DNA of 64,000 bases from Octopus vulgaris (taxonomy: Eukaryota), in NCBI GenBank assembly GCA_951406725.2, contig OX597843.1:15128001-15192000 (forward strand), read 5' to 3'. The notes beneath the pieces are model-generated. The model did not search any database. It was not told the DNA's origin and saw nothing but the letters and a program-made list of their open reading frames with translations. A program made the position numbers and the translations under genes. Position 1 is the stretch's first letter, and every line of letters starts with the position of its first letter. Below are positions 24,000 to 37,482 of this stretch, one piece after another.

Positions 24000-25690
24000 C
24001 TTGGATTACCTAATCATTGGAACGCTTCCCTTCCACAGAGAGTGGAAGAGTATGCTTTCCAGTTTGGTGATGGTAGGATCAGGACAAGGTATGATGGTAA
24101 GGCAGTAATAGACGACAGATGTGATGTATGCGTTTGCCACCTCCACCCGATCTTTTAGGGATAGCTTCGTCTCGGCCCATTACTGGGTGAGAGTGGCCAC
24201 CCTACTCGTTATCTTGTCCCAGTTCTTCTCCATTTGGAGGTCTGGACCAAACCAGACACTGAGCACATTATCTGGTCTGTCAGTCCAGTGTCCCATGATG
24301 GACAGCATCGCCCTGCCTCTCCAGTTGCCGAGCCGCAAGCCCACTGACTTTTCTCAGTTAATTTTTGCTCCCATTACACCTTTGTATTCCTTTAGTGTTT
24401 TGCTGACCAGGTCGATATGCCTGTGGCTCGACACTATCATGGTGACATCGTCCGTGTATGCAGACTTGCCCCTCCCGCATCTCAGTTCTTGCAGGATGCT
24501 CCTCAGCATCACCAGCTTCCACAGTAGTGGCTCTAGAGCCAACACGTACAGAAATGACGAGAGAGAACATCCTTGATGGGCCAAATGCCTGATGTTAAAT
24601 GGTCTGGATGGATGGCCATTTATGCGAATTACCGAATGGATGCCGCTGCATAAGGCAGCGATCCAACCTTGGAAGATGAGACCAAAACCAGTCGCTTTAA
24701 GGACAGCCTCCAAGTAATGATGGTTGACTCTATCAAAAGCTTTAGATTGATCCAAATTGATCAGCGCCCCACCCATGCCAGGTTCCTTAACTACCCTGTC
24801 TATGATGTAGTGCATCAGATGGAGGTTGTCACGGATACTCCTACCTGGCATGGTGCACATTTGTGCCTTGTTGACCAGTTTCTCGATGACAACCGCCAAC
24901 CTCTCGGCTAACACCTTGGTCAAAATGTTCAAATCTGTGTTGAGCAGAATGATGGGCCTGAAGTTATGTATGATGTTCCCTTTGTCTGGATCTTGCTTTA
25001 GCAGTGCCACCACTTCTCACTTCACAGAAACGGGGATACTCCCATTTTGCTGCCAGTTGCAGTAGACAGCTGCCAAGATGCCTCCAAACAAGTCTGGCAT
25101 ATGACAATAAAGGTCGTAGGGCAGACTATCCAAGCCTGGCGACTTGTCTCCTGTGCAGCCTGCCATCGCATCCTGTATGTCCACGGCTGTGATGGGTCTT
25201 TCACAACACTCTGCCTCTCTTGCTGAGTGTCGTGCAGGCCATGCTGGTACGCACTTAAGGCCACCCTGCATTCTGGGCTACAAGTTGTCCCGAACAGTCA
25301 GGCAAAAAGCTGTTGAAAGGCCTCACACATCCTTTTGGGCTCGTGTAATTCGTGACCCTGCTCACCTGTCAGAGACCTAATGGTGGCTTTGTTGCCTTGT
25401 TGTGCCTCCGCCACTTGGGCCTCTCAGGTGGTTACAATTCCTTCATTCCTCAGAGAATACATCCTAGCTCTGACAATGCATCCTTCGTGTTTGGTGTTGG
25501 TCGAGGGCCAACTTTGCCATCAGTATGTTGGATGTGATGCCAGTTCTAAGTGCCTCTTCTAATTTCTTAACTAGGTCTCCCTTTATTCTATTTCAGTCTA
25601 ATGCTAGGGCCTTACTGTAGCTAACAAATTCTGCTTTAATTGCTTTCTTTAGGGCATACCACTATCTATCATTGACCATGGTGCCCGTCA
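24000..25690 (-). pseudogene. L1/Tx1-clade LINE ORF2 reverse transcriptase fragment, frameshifted
   Basis: KSPGLDSLPY, NFRPIILLNTD, LDQSKAFDRV, QGCSLS and YTDD motifs. Confidence 0.9.
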
Positions 25691-26184
25691 ATGCTTGGAT
25701 GGATAGATAGATAGATAGACATTTAAAAAGATAAATAGATGGACAGATGGATGGAAGGATGGGTTGGTGGATAGATGGATAGATAAATAGATAGATGCAT
25801 AAAACGATATATATATAGACAGATAGACAGATATAGATAAATAAATCGACAGATACATACAACCATACATACATACACACCCATACATATATAAATGGAT
25901 GGTTAGATAGATGTATAGAAAGACAGGTAGATGGCTAAGTAGATAAATAGACCGATATATAGATAAATTGATAAATGGATAGAGAGACAGACAAAGAGAT
26001 AAACAGATAAATAGATTAAGAGCTTGAGGGAGAGAGAGAATGAGAGTGAGAAGGAGTGAAGAGATGGTAAAGAAGTAGCACCAAGTGTTAACACACACAT
26101 ACACACATGCACAAACATATAAAGATATACAAATATACAAATATATACGCGTGTGCTTTTCTCTTTGTTTTCTTGCCTCATTCC

Positions 26185-26218
26185 TTTCTGCAGAAGAGCA
26201 TAGGCTCGAAATATCAAA
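26185..26218 (+). ncRNA. Decayed minimal HHR motif
   Basis: uuu-CUGCAGA-A-gagc-auag-gcuc-GAAA-ua-UC-aaa; core mutated at A6. Confidence 0.5.
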
Positions 26219-27310
26219 AATTCCCATTTCTCTTGAGTGTGAAACTAATACAGCTTGTTTGTTGTCCCCTCATGGAGTTAGCAGAATCTGACCGATCAGT
26301 ATAGGGAATTCTCGACCGGAGCTTTCGGGCAATTATGGTCCCTGTCAGTACATATGCAGACAAATATATGTGCTTTAATTATAACTTTAGAGCTTTTTAG
26401 CTCTTCTTTCTAGCAATGCACGTGTTCTAACACCCTAACCACATTTAGTGACAATTATAGTTTTCATTTTTGGTAAAACATTGCACACTGCTATCTATAT
26501 TAAATTATTATTATCATCACACACACACACATCATCATCACCATCATCATCATCATCATCGTTTAACGTCCGCTTTCCATGCTAGCATGGGTTGGACAAT
26601 TCGACCGGGGATCTGGGAAGCCAGAAGGCTGCACTAGGCTCCAATCTGACCTGGCAGTGTTTCTACAACTGGATGCCCTTCCTAACGCCAACCACTCCGT
26701 GAGTGTAGTGGGTGCTTTTTACGTGCCACTTGCACAGGTGCCAGGCGAGGCTGGCAATGGCCACAATTGGATTGGCTCATTTTACGTGCCACCGGCATGA
26801 AAGCCAGTCAAGGCGGCGCTGGCATCGGCCACGTTCGAATGGTGCCTTTTACGTGCCACCGACACAGGGATCACAACTGTAGTTTCCATTGATTTTGATG
26901 TCGGTGTACTTGACTCAATGGATCTCCTCAAGCACAGGGTCAAAATGGTGTTTCTTCACTTGCCACCTGCACAGGAGTCAGTCCAGCGGTCCTGGCAACT
27001 GCCGGGTGCCAGAACAAAGTAAAGTTGCAAGGTACCTCACGAGTGAAAATATATATGAAAGAAGGTTTGAAACTGCAATTTTAAAGATGCTTATTGACTT
27101 GACCGGTTTCATTTTTTAGAAAGAGATTATCAAAAGTAAAATGTAAAGCTTTGTTGTGTTAATTACTGGTTGTCACAAAAGTATCAAAATACATATATAC
27201 ATTCTTTGATAATAATAAGAAAATGTTAAAAACAGTTTACAAGAAAGTATTTAAGAAAATATTCAACAAAAAATATTAGGAGTTCAATAAAAATCATGTT
27301 TGTTTGAGAG

Positions 27311-27344
<34 letters not shown>

Positions 27345-27774
27345 AGGAGATATATTTAAGAATTTATGAAAAATTGGAGAGGAATAACTGACCTGTCTGT
27401 CTGTATTGAAGCTTCTAGCACAAATGCACAGCAGTACAGCATGTCGTTTCCAAATTTCTGGTAGAGTGAATTGTGTCACGGTGCTGTTTTTCTCACAGAC
27501 AGTGCCCAACTGACCCTACTATACTGTGTAGTCAACAACATCAGAAACAAACAATGCACATGCACAAAATTATAAATTATAAAATGGCAACAATTTGCCC
27601 ATTGCACCCTATATATACACTTAACAAATGGTATAATTATAAACAGGGCGAATTTTAGCGATTTCTCTGCAGACTGAAAAATGATGAACAACCTTAATCA
27701 ATTTTTGAATCTAATTGGGTTCTCATCAGAGGTGTCCCCATCCCTTTGACAATCTCCAGAGAAGCAAGCAGACA

Positions 27775-28066
27775 AACTGTTTCTATACTCAACAAATGCA
27801 GCAGTTACTCTATGAAGGAGTCCCTAATCTGCATACAGAAAGTGTTTAACACTCTATAAATACCAGGGGCCCATCAACAGGGGATCTTAGTCCATGCAGT
27901 ATCAAGGTATGATATAACGAATATGTAACTTAAGGGAGAATTATAAACGGCAAATTTTTAGCCATTTCTCTAAAAAAAGACTCATCAGAGGCATCCATAT
28001 ATATGTATGTATATATATATATATATAAATACACACACACACATACACACACACATATACATATAC

Positions 28067-28108
<42 letters not shown>

Positions 28109-30435
28109 ATATAATGTGTATATATATATATGTATGTGCATATATATATGTATATATGTGTGTGTATATATATATATATATATATGAAGGCGCATGGCTC
28201 AGTGGTCAGGGCGTTGAGCTTACGATCGTGAGGTTGTGAGTTTGAATCCCGGACTGGGCTGTGTGTTGTGTTCTTGAGCAAGACCCTTTATTTCACATTG
28301 CTCCAGTTAACTCAGCGGTAGAAACGAGTTGCAACATCACGGGTGCCAAGCTGTATCGGCCCCTTTGCCTTTCCCTTGGATAACACTGATGGTGTGGAGA
28401 GGGGAGGCCTGTATGCATGGGCGACTGCTAGTCTTCCATAAACCACCTTGCCCAGACTTGGGACTAGGAGGGTAACTTTCTAGGTGCAATCCCACAGTCA
28501 GACATGACTGAAGGGGGTCTCAATATATATATATATGTATATGTACATTGAGAATTGTAATAGTTTGTTGAGGTGGTGATGTTTGTAGTGGGTTTTTTCC
28601 GTTCTATTTTAAGGCCTTCACCCCAAATGGTTCAAAGGTCATCGATGACCATCCTCCATCGTTGTCTGTTGTTATTCTGATGGGGATGATGGTAAAAAAG
28701 GTAGGATAGATAGAAAGATATAGATGGATGGACAGATAAAAAGATAGATATATTTCTTTACTACCCACAGAGTGGCTGAGTGGTAAGTAGCTTGCTAATC
28801 AACCACATGGTTCCGGGTTCAGTCCCACTGCGTGGCATCTTGAGCAAGTGTCTTCTGCTATATAGCCTTGGGCCGACCAATGCCTTGTGAGTGGATTTGG
28901 TAGATGGAAACTGAAAGAAGCCCGTCGTATATATGTATATATATATATATGCGTGTGTGTGTTTGTGTGTCTGTGTTTGTCCCCCTAGCATTGCTTGACA
29001 ACCGATGTTGGTGTGTTTACGTCCCCGTCACTTAGCGGTTCGGCAAAAGAGACCGATAGAATAAGTACTGGGCTTACAAAGAATAAGTCCCGGGGTCGAT
29101 TTGCTTGACTAAAAAAGGCGGTGCTCCAGCATGGCCGCAGTCAAATGACTGAAGCAAGTAAAAGAGTAAAAGAGTAAAGGGGCTAAACATAGAGGGGGCA
29201 AACAAGGACAGACAAAGGGATTAAGTCGATTACATCAACCCCAGTGCATAACTGGTACTTATTTATCGACCCCGAAAGGATGAAAGGCAAAGTCGACCTC
29301 GGCAGAATTTGAACTCAGAAAGTAGCGGCAGACGAAATACTGCAAAGCATTTCGCCTGATGTGCTAACGATTCTGCCAGCTCGACGCCACCACCTTACAT
29401 ACACTGCAAGAATATCACCTGGTCGGTACTTATGTACCAAGTCTGATATTTATGTAATATTCTTGTTGTGTGTGTATTTTATTCCAACCTAAAGAGTTGC
29501 CCCAATTTAAGTACCTAATTCTACAGAATCTTAGTTATATCTTTGTATATATATATATATAATATATAGTTTAATTGGAGCTTGTTATTAACAATAACTC
29601 ACATTAAAACAGAAGGAAAGTGTAGGGCCCGTTGTGAGCCATATTCGAAATAACAATATTATGGAGGCAACACAGGTGAAATCTAAAAGAACATAATTGA
29701 AATACGCATCCGAAACTTATATAAATACATCATCATCATCATCATCATCGTTTAATGTCCGTTGTCCGTGCTAGCATGGGTTGGACAGTTTGACTGGGGT
29801 GTGTGTGTACACCTTCATATTAGGACTTGCAAAGTATGGCAGATTTATCTCTTTCTCCATAAATTGAAAAAAGATATATATGAACATCCTTAATTGGTTT
29901 TCAGACCTTGTTGTAGTCTCCTTAGAGGTGTCTCTACATCATTTCTCCAACCCCGGGAGGAGGAACTAACCTTTCTGATTATATATCATGTGTGTGTGTA
30001 CAGTGAAGAGGTTAGACCCAGAGGTTCTGAATATAGAAGACACGTAGTAGTGTTCAAATGATTTGAACTTAAACTGAGCCCCATGGGGGTAAAGGTTGGC
30101 CATAAGAGGAATCCAGGTGAGCAGATTGTAGAGATAATGATGGAAACCCAATTAGGTTCGATGTATTGTAAATATAAATATAAATAAATAATATTATTAT
30201 GGAGGCAACACAGGCGAACTGTTTCTATACTCAACAAACGCAGTAGTTACTCTATGAAGGAGTCCCTAATCTGCATACAGAAAGTGTTTAACACTCTATA
30301 AATACCAGTGGCTCGTCAACAGGGGATCTTAGTCCATGCAGTATCAAGGTATGATATAAGGAATATGTAACTTAGGGGAGAATTATAAACAGGGAAAATT
30401 TTTAGCCATTTCTCTAAAAAAAGACTCATCAGAGG
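27775..30435. repeat. ~215-bp direct duplication, 27775-27990 and 30218-30435
   Basis: aactgtttctatactcaacaaa...gactcatcagaggc at both sites. Confidence 0.9.
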
Positions 30436-31452
30436 CTGCACCAGGCTCCAATCTTGATCTGGCTGTGTTTCTACAGCTGGATGCCCTTCCTAATGCCAAC
30501 CACTTTGTGAGTGTAGTGAGTGCTTTTACGTGCCACCGGCACAGGGCCCCGACAAGGCTGGCAATGGCCACGATCGGATGGTGCTATTACGTGTCACCGA
30601 CATGGACGCCAGTCAGGCGACGCTGGCATCTGCCACACTCGAACGGTGCTTATCTTTTAACGTGTCACTGGCACGGGTTAAATACATAAAACTTATATAA
30701 AAACATGTTTTTATATAAGTTTTGGGTGCGAATTTCAATTATGCTCTTTTGGACTTTGCCTGTTTTGCCTCCATAATAATATTATTAATTTATATTCATA
30801 TTTACAATACTCTTTTACTCTTTTACTTGTTTTAGTCAGTTGACTGCGTCCATGCTGGAGCATCGCCTTTAGTCAAGCAGACCGACCCCAGGACTTATTC
30901 TTTGTAAGCCCAGTACTTATTCTATCGGTCTCTTTTGCTAAACCGCTAAGTGACGGGGCCGTAAACATACCAGCATCGGTTGTCAAGCAATGCTAGGGGG
31001 ACAAACACAGACACACAAACATATACACACACATACATATATATACATATATACGATGGGCTTCTTTCAGTTTCCGTCTACCAAATCCACTCACAAGGCT
31101 TTGGTCGGCCCGAAGCTATAGTAGAAGACACTTGCCCAAGGTGCCACGCAGTGGGACTGAACCCAGAACTATGTGGTTGGTAAGCAAGCTACTTACCACA
31201 CAGTCACTCCTATATACATATATATATATATATATATATTAGGGTAGCAAAAAATTCAATAGAAATTATTTTGCCACTAGCGGTCTAGTGAGAAAGAGGA
31301 AATAGTCAGAGACTATTAATAAATTCAACAATAATTGAGGAACGGCTATAATAGGCCGTTCCTCTGATTCCGGAATTACTACTATTTGCGGTTGGAGCCC
31401 TGGCTGCTATTTCTAGTGGGTCGAACGGCCTATTATAGCCGTTCCTTAATTG

Positions 31453-31498
<46 letters not shown>

Positions 31499-31902
31499 CG
31501 GGTTTCTTTCAGTTTCCGTCTACCAAATCCACTCACAAGGCTTTGGTTGGCCCGAGGCTATAGTAGAAGACATTTGCCCAAGGTGCCACGCAGTGGGACT
31601 GAACCCGGAACCATGTGGTTGGTTAGCAAGCTACTTACCACACAGCCACTCCTGCGCCTAATTCCATCGAACCTAATTGGGTTTGCATCATTATCTCTAC
31701 AATCTGCTCACCTGGATTCCTCTTATGGCCACTCTTTACCCCCAAGGGTTTCAGTTTAAGTTCAAATCATTTGAACATGACTATGTGTCTTCTATATTCA
31801 GCACCTCTGGGTCTCACCTCTTCACTGTACACACACACACGATATATAATCAGAAAGGTTAGTTCTTCCTCCCGGGGTTGGTGAAATGATGTAGAGACCC
31901 CT

Positions 31903-32486
31903 GGAATTTGCCTCACCGGTCTGGAACCCTTATCTTGCCCAGGATATCAATCGTCTGGAAGTCGTTCAGCGGCGTGCAACCAAGAGAATACCCTCCATCA
32001 GGCATTTGCCATATTATGAACACCTTACTTCCCAGGGCATGGACACATTGAAACTCCGACGTCTGGCAGCTGACTTGGCAGACACCCATAAAATTATTAA
32101 CCATCTTACAAATAATAACTCTGAGCACCTTTTCAAACTCCACCTGTCTAACACCCATGGACATGTTTACAAAGTCAGAAAACAGCACAGCTCCCATGAC
32201 TTTTGGAAACATTTTTTCATGCTAAGAGTTGCTGAAACATGGAACAGACTGCCGGCATCAGTTGTTAGTTGTCGGAGCACTGCATCCTTCAAAACTTCCA
32301 TGCTTCCTGAGATTCGCCAACACTACACCTGATTTTCTCCCCTCCATACACACGCAAGCATATATCTGACTCATACACTGTTCATTTCCCAGACATTTGT
32401 ACATTACTGCATATACTTTATACACGCTTTCTGACAAGTTGTGGTGCACCTGAGTACTGTAGACAATAATTTCATCATTATTATTT
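31903..32486 (+). mobile_element. 5'-truncated CR1-like LINE
   Basis: ASPVWNPYL, LEVVQRRATKRIP and RVAETWNRLP motifs; same family as 42732-46037. Confidence 0.88.
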
Positions 32487-32855
32487 TACAACAAGGTCTG
32501 AAAAATAATTAAGGATGTTCATATATATCTTTTTTCAATTTATGGAGAAAGAGATAAATCTGCCGTACTTTGCAAGTCCTAATATGAAGGTGTACACACA
32601 CACACACATGCAGAAAGGAACGTGTGTGTTGTGCACACACACACACACACACACAAACGGTGGGAACATTCTGTGAAACCAGTTTTCCTGTTCTGCCCTT
32701 CACAAGACCCCACGTGCCTCCGTAGTCGTGTGTTGTCGTTTTTCTCTCACGATTTCAACATTCATAATTTTATTCAGAAGAAACAATACAAAACTATTTT
32801 CTGAGCCAGCAATTTTATGTCAGTTCATTTCTCTCACATCTCCTCCTCCTTCTTT

Positions 32856-32856
<1 letters not shown>

Positions 32857-32896
<40 letters not shown>

Positions 32897-33155
32897 CTTC
32901 TTCTTCTTCTTCTTCTTCTTCTTCTTCTTCTTCTTCTTCTTCTTCTTCTTCTTCTTCTTCTTCTTCTTCTTCTTCTTCTTCTTCTTCTTCTTCTTCTCCT
33001 CCTTCTTCTTCTTCTTCTTCTTCTTCTTCTTCTTCTTCCAATTCTTCTTCTTCTTCTTCTTCTTCTTCTTCTTCTTCTTCTTCTTCTTCTTCTTCTTCTT
33101 CTTCTTCTTCTTCTTCTTCTTCTTCTTCTTCTTCTTCTTCTTCTTCTTCTTCTTC
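32857..33155. repeat. (TTG)n-(TTC)n microsatellite
   Basis: Direct inspection. Confidence 0.97.
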
Positions 33156-33682
33156 ACACATCTTTATTCTTTTCTAATTTTTGCCTTATAGTTAATACAT
33201 AGACAGCATGTTTTATCTTCCCAGTTATCCCATAAGTAAATGCCCTGAGCACTCTTTATAGAAACCACCCAATAAGTAATTAAGTAAATACATGGATGAA
33301 TATTAAACTGATTCTATGTAATCTTTCCTTTTTAATGTTGATAATTGATATACACACACAATTTACCTATTTTGGTTATGATATCATTTTTGATAATCTT
33401 ATGCAACATAACAATATTGTTTATAAACAATCACCCATACTACCCCAATACAAAATTTCCTCTGTATTAACATTTTATTAGTTTTATTATTGTCTTGCCC
33501 CTTTAACTGGTAATTAATATCATGATTTAGAGTCTTCCCCTACCCAGCCTCCTTTTATAGACAGTCACACTATATCCAATTGACTACTCCTAATGTCTTC
33601 TCCCCCACTGAAGAAATATGACAATATTTACGACCATACCCAGCCATGAGCTGTCAACTCACTCTTGCCCTTCATTCTAAAC

Positions 33683-33883
33683 CAGTTGTTTTCAACCAGG
33701 GTTCCGCCAGTACAGTTCAGGGGTTCCGCAAGAAGTTACAAAACTGCTAAAATCGGCAGTAATTTTTAATTGTCCTGTGCAGATATGTGTGCATAAGACT
33801 ATTAAATTATTGCACAGGGGTTTCTCAAGCCAGTGGAATGTTTCCTTGGGATTCCGCTCCAGCAAAAAGGTTGAAAAGTACTG
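33683..33883. mobile_element. hAT-type MITE with 8-bp TSD ttctaaac
   Basis: TIRs cagttgttttcaacc and ggttgaaaagtactg; ttctaaac at 33675-33682 and 33884-33891. Confidence 0.9.
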
Positions 33884-34239
33884 TTCTAAACAGACACAAT
33901 CCTCTGGTCTTAGATTTAGTAGTTGATAAAAAAGACAAGTAAATTGGAAATGAAAACACAATCCTTTACAAGCTATGACCCCCATGCTTGGAAGTGTAGT
34001 CTATTCTTAGCTACAATAGCAACAACATGAATTTCTTCTTGCTCTGTTAAAGTATTTGAGAAAAATTATATTAATGTGTCCTACTTGTTAAAATTCCATT
34101 TATTTATTGAGCAGCTGAAGATGGCACTTCATTTAAATTAATGTAATGATTGCATTGTTCAATTAAATGGAGCTGCTTGAAATGGTTGTACTGCATCACT
34201 ACTTGATATTCTGTTGCTTATTTCGATTGCATATATATA

Positions 34240-36874
34240 TCATCATCATCATCATCATCATCATCATCGTTTAACGTCCGTTTTCCGTGCTAGCACGGGT
34301 TGGACGGTTCGACCGGGGTCTGGGGAGCCAGGGGCTGCCCCAGGCTCCAGTTTGATCTGGCAGTGTTTCTACAGCTGGATGCCCTTCCTAACGCCAACCA
34401 CTCCGCGAGTGTAGTGGGTGCTTTTTACGTGCCACCTGCACAGGTGCCAGAGGGGTCTGGCATCGGCCACAATCAGTTGGTGCTTTTTTTTATGTGCCAC
34501 TGGCACAGAAGCCAGTCAAGGCGGTGCTGGCATCGGCCACGTTCGGATGGTGCTTTTTATGTCCCACCGGCACAGAAGCCATTCGAGGCAGGGTTGGCAT
34601 CAGTCACGTTTGGATGGTGCTTTTTATGTGCCACCGGCACAGGTATCACAACCACTGTTTCCATTGATATTTGTTTCGATGTTCATGTACATGCACTTGA
34701 CTCAACAGGTCTCCTCAAGCACAGCGAGATGTTCCGGGATCCCTAAGATCGGTTGGTGCTTTTTATGTGCCACCGGCATAGAAGCCAGTCGAGGCGGTGC
34801 TGGCGTCGGCCACGCTCGGATGGTGCTTTTTATGTGCCACCGGCACAGAAGCCAGTGGAGGCTGCACTGGCAACGGCCACGTTCGGATGGTGCTTTTTAT
34901 GTGTCACCGGCACAGGTATCACAACTACTGTTTCCATTGATATTTGGTTCGATGTTCATGTATATGCACTTGACTCGACAGGTCTCCTCAAGCACAGCGA
35001 GATGTCCCGGGATCCAAGGTACTTTGGATGGGCAGGGGGTATGCGGAAATGGTGCTGGAAGCATCCCGGGTCTTAGTAGTCACAGCACATCTCCAGAGAT
35101 CTCGGTCCTTCGCCATTGCCTCAGTGAGGCCCAACGCTCTGAGGTCATGCTTGACTACCTCATCCCATGTCTTCCTGGGTCTACCTCTTCCCCCGATTCC
35201 TTCAACTGTTCGGGAGTGGCACTTCTTCACACATCTCTCCTCATCCATCCGCAGTACATGACCATACCATCGCAAGCGTCGCTCTTGCACACCGCATTTG
35301 ATGCTTCTTATGCCTAGCATTTCTCTCAGGGTGCTTACACTCTGTCGTGCATTCACACTGACATTACACATCCAGCGGATCATGCTAGCTTCATTTCTTT
35401 CAAGTCTACGCATGTCCTCTGCAGTCACGGCCCATGTTTCACTGCTATGAAGCATGGCAGTTCGCACACATGCATCATACAATCTACCTTTCGCTCTGAG
35501 GGAGAGACCCTTTGTCGCCAGTAGGGGTAGGAGCTTTCTGAACTTTGCCCAGGCTATTCGTATTCTAGTGGTGATACTCTCTGTGCATCCACCTCCACTA
35601 CTAACTTGGTCACCCAGGTAGCGGAAACTATCAACTACTTCTAGTTTCTCTCCCTGGAGTGTGATGGAATCTGTTTTCTGAGTGTCTGTGGTGTCTATTG
35701 TCCCTGTGCATCTGCCGCACATGAAAGCTATCTTATCTGTTAATTTCCCTTTAATGTTGCTGCACCTCTTGTGCGTCCATAGCTTACATTGGGTGCATCT
35801 TATGGAGTTTCTACCTACACCTTTCCTACAGATTGAGCAGGGCCACCTGCCCGAGGGTGTGTGTGCTGAGTTCGCCTTTCTGCTTACTATAACTTTGGTC
35901 TTTGCTACATTTACTCTAAGGCCCTTTGATTCTAACCCTTGCTTCCACACCCGAAATTTCTTTTCTAGTTCCGGTAGTGATTCTGCTATGAGAGCCAGGT
36001 CATCAGCATAGAGGAGCTCCCAGGGGCATCCTGTTTTGAATTCCTCTGTTATTGCCTGGAGGACTATGATGAATAAAAGGGGACTGAGGGCTGAGCCTTG
36101 GTGCACACCTACTTCTACCCAGAATTCTTCACTATATTCGTTGCCAATCCTAACCTTGCTGACAGCCTCTCTGTATAGAGCCTGTACAGCCCTTATTAGC
36201 CATTCGTCAATCTCCAGTTTCCGCATCGACCACCAGATAAGGGAACGGGGAACCCTATCAAAGGCTTTCTCCAAGTCCACAAAAGCTATGTAGAGGGGTT
36301 TATCTTTAGCTAGGTACTTCTGCAGTTGTCGGACCAGGAATATAGCATCAGTGGTGCTTCTACCTGGCACAAAACCAAACTGCATTTCATCTAAGCAAAT
36401 TCTCTCCCTAATGAGATGGGTTATGACCCTCTCTGTGACCTTCATCACCTGATCCAACAGTTTGATACCCCTGTAGTTATTTCTATCTAGAGCATCACCC
36501 TTACCCTTGTAGCAGTTGACTATGGTGCTGCTACGTAAGTCATTGGGTATGACTCCATTATGAACTACCTGGTTTACAATGCGGGTGACTATGCCATAGC
36601 CCACATAGCCAGCTGTTTTAAGCATCTCAGCAGTGATTCCTGATGGGCCGGGGGCTTTACCTAGTTTCATATCCTTAATTGCCTTATCTACAAAGGAGCT
36701 GTCTTTTCGGGTAGCTGGCCCCTCTACTGGGTCAACATTTGGCAGGTTCTCCTCCTCCCATTCATTCTCCTCATTCAGCAGTCTTTCATAATGGCTTCTC
36801 CAAGCCTCTTTCTTCTCACTAACAGTAAAAGCAAGTGCCCCATCATCCATGCGGACACATTTCTCTCCTGTAAC

Positions 36875-36880
<6 letters not shown>
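34240..36880 (-). mobile_element. 5'-truncated RTE-clade LINE; ~630-codon open RT frame (34988-36880), 3' UTR and (GAT)n tail
   Basis: KAPGPSG, NYRGIKLL, QFGFVPGRST, FVDLEKAFDRV, GVHQGSALSP, YADD, FRYLG, RRLRWYGHV and GRGRPRKTW. Confidence 0.95.
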
Positions 36881-36926
<46 letters not shown>

Positions 36927-37451
36927 TCAAATATACATATACGCACACACACACATATATATATACACACATATATGTATGTGTGTGTGTGTATTTATAT
37001 ATATGAGGAGACCTATTGAGTCAAGTACATCAACATCAAAATGAATATCAAATGGAAATTGTAGTTGTGATACCTGTGCCGGTGGCACGTAAAAAGCACC
37101 ATCTGAACGTGGCCGATGCCAGCCAGCCCTGGCACCTGTGCTGGTGGCACATAAAAAGCACCCACAATACTCTCAGAGTGGTTGGCGTTAGGAAGAGCAT
37201 CCAGCTGTAGAAACTCTGCCAGATCAGATTGGAGCCTGGTGCAACCATATGGTTCGCCAGTCCTCAGTCAAATCGTTCAACCCATGCCAGCACGGAAAGC
37301 AGACGATGATGATGATGTATACATATATATGTATATATATGTATGTATATATGAATGTATATATGTGTGCATGTATGAATATGTGTATGTATATATATAT
37401 ATATATATGTGTATGTACATATATATACGTGTATGTACATATATATATGTA

Positions 37452-37482
<31 letters not shown>

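Noticed and set aside
26312-26350. Minus-strand HHR-like cugaca-ggg...ccc-GAAA-gc-UC
   Set aside because: Core is one base short and there is no stem I; at best a relic
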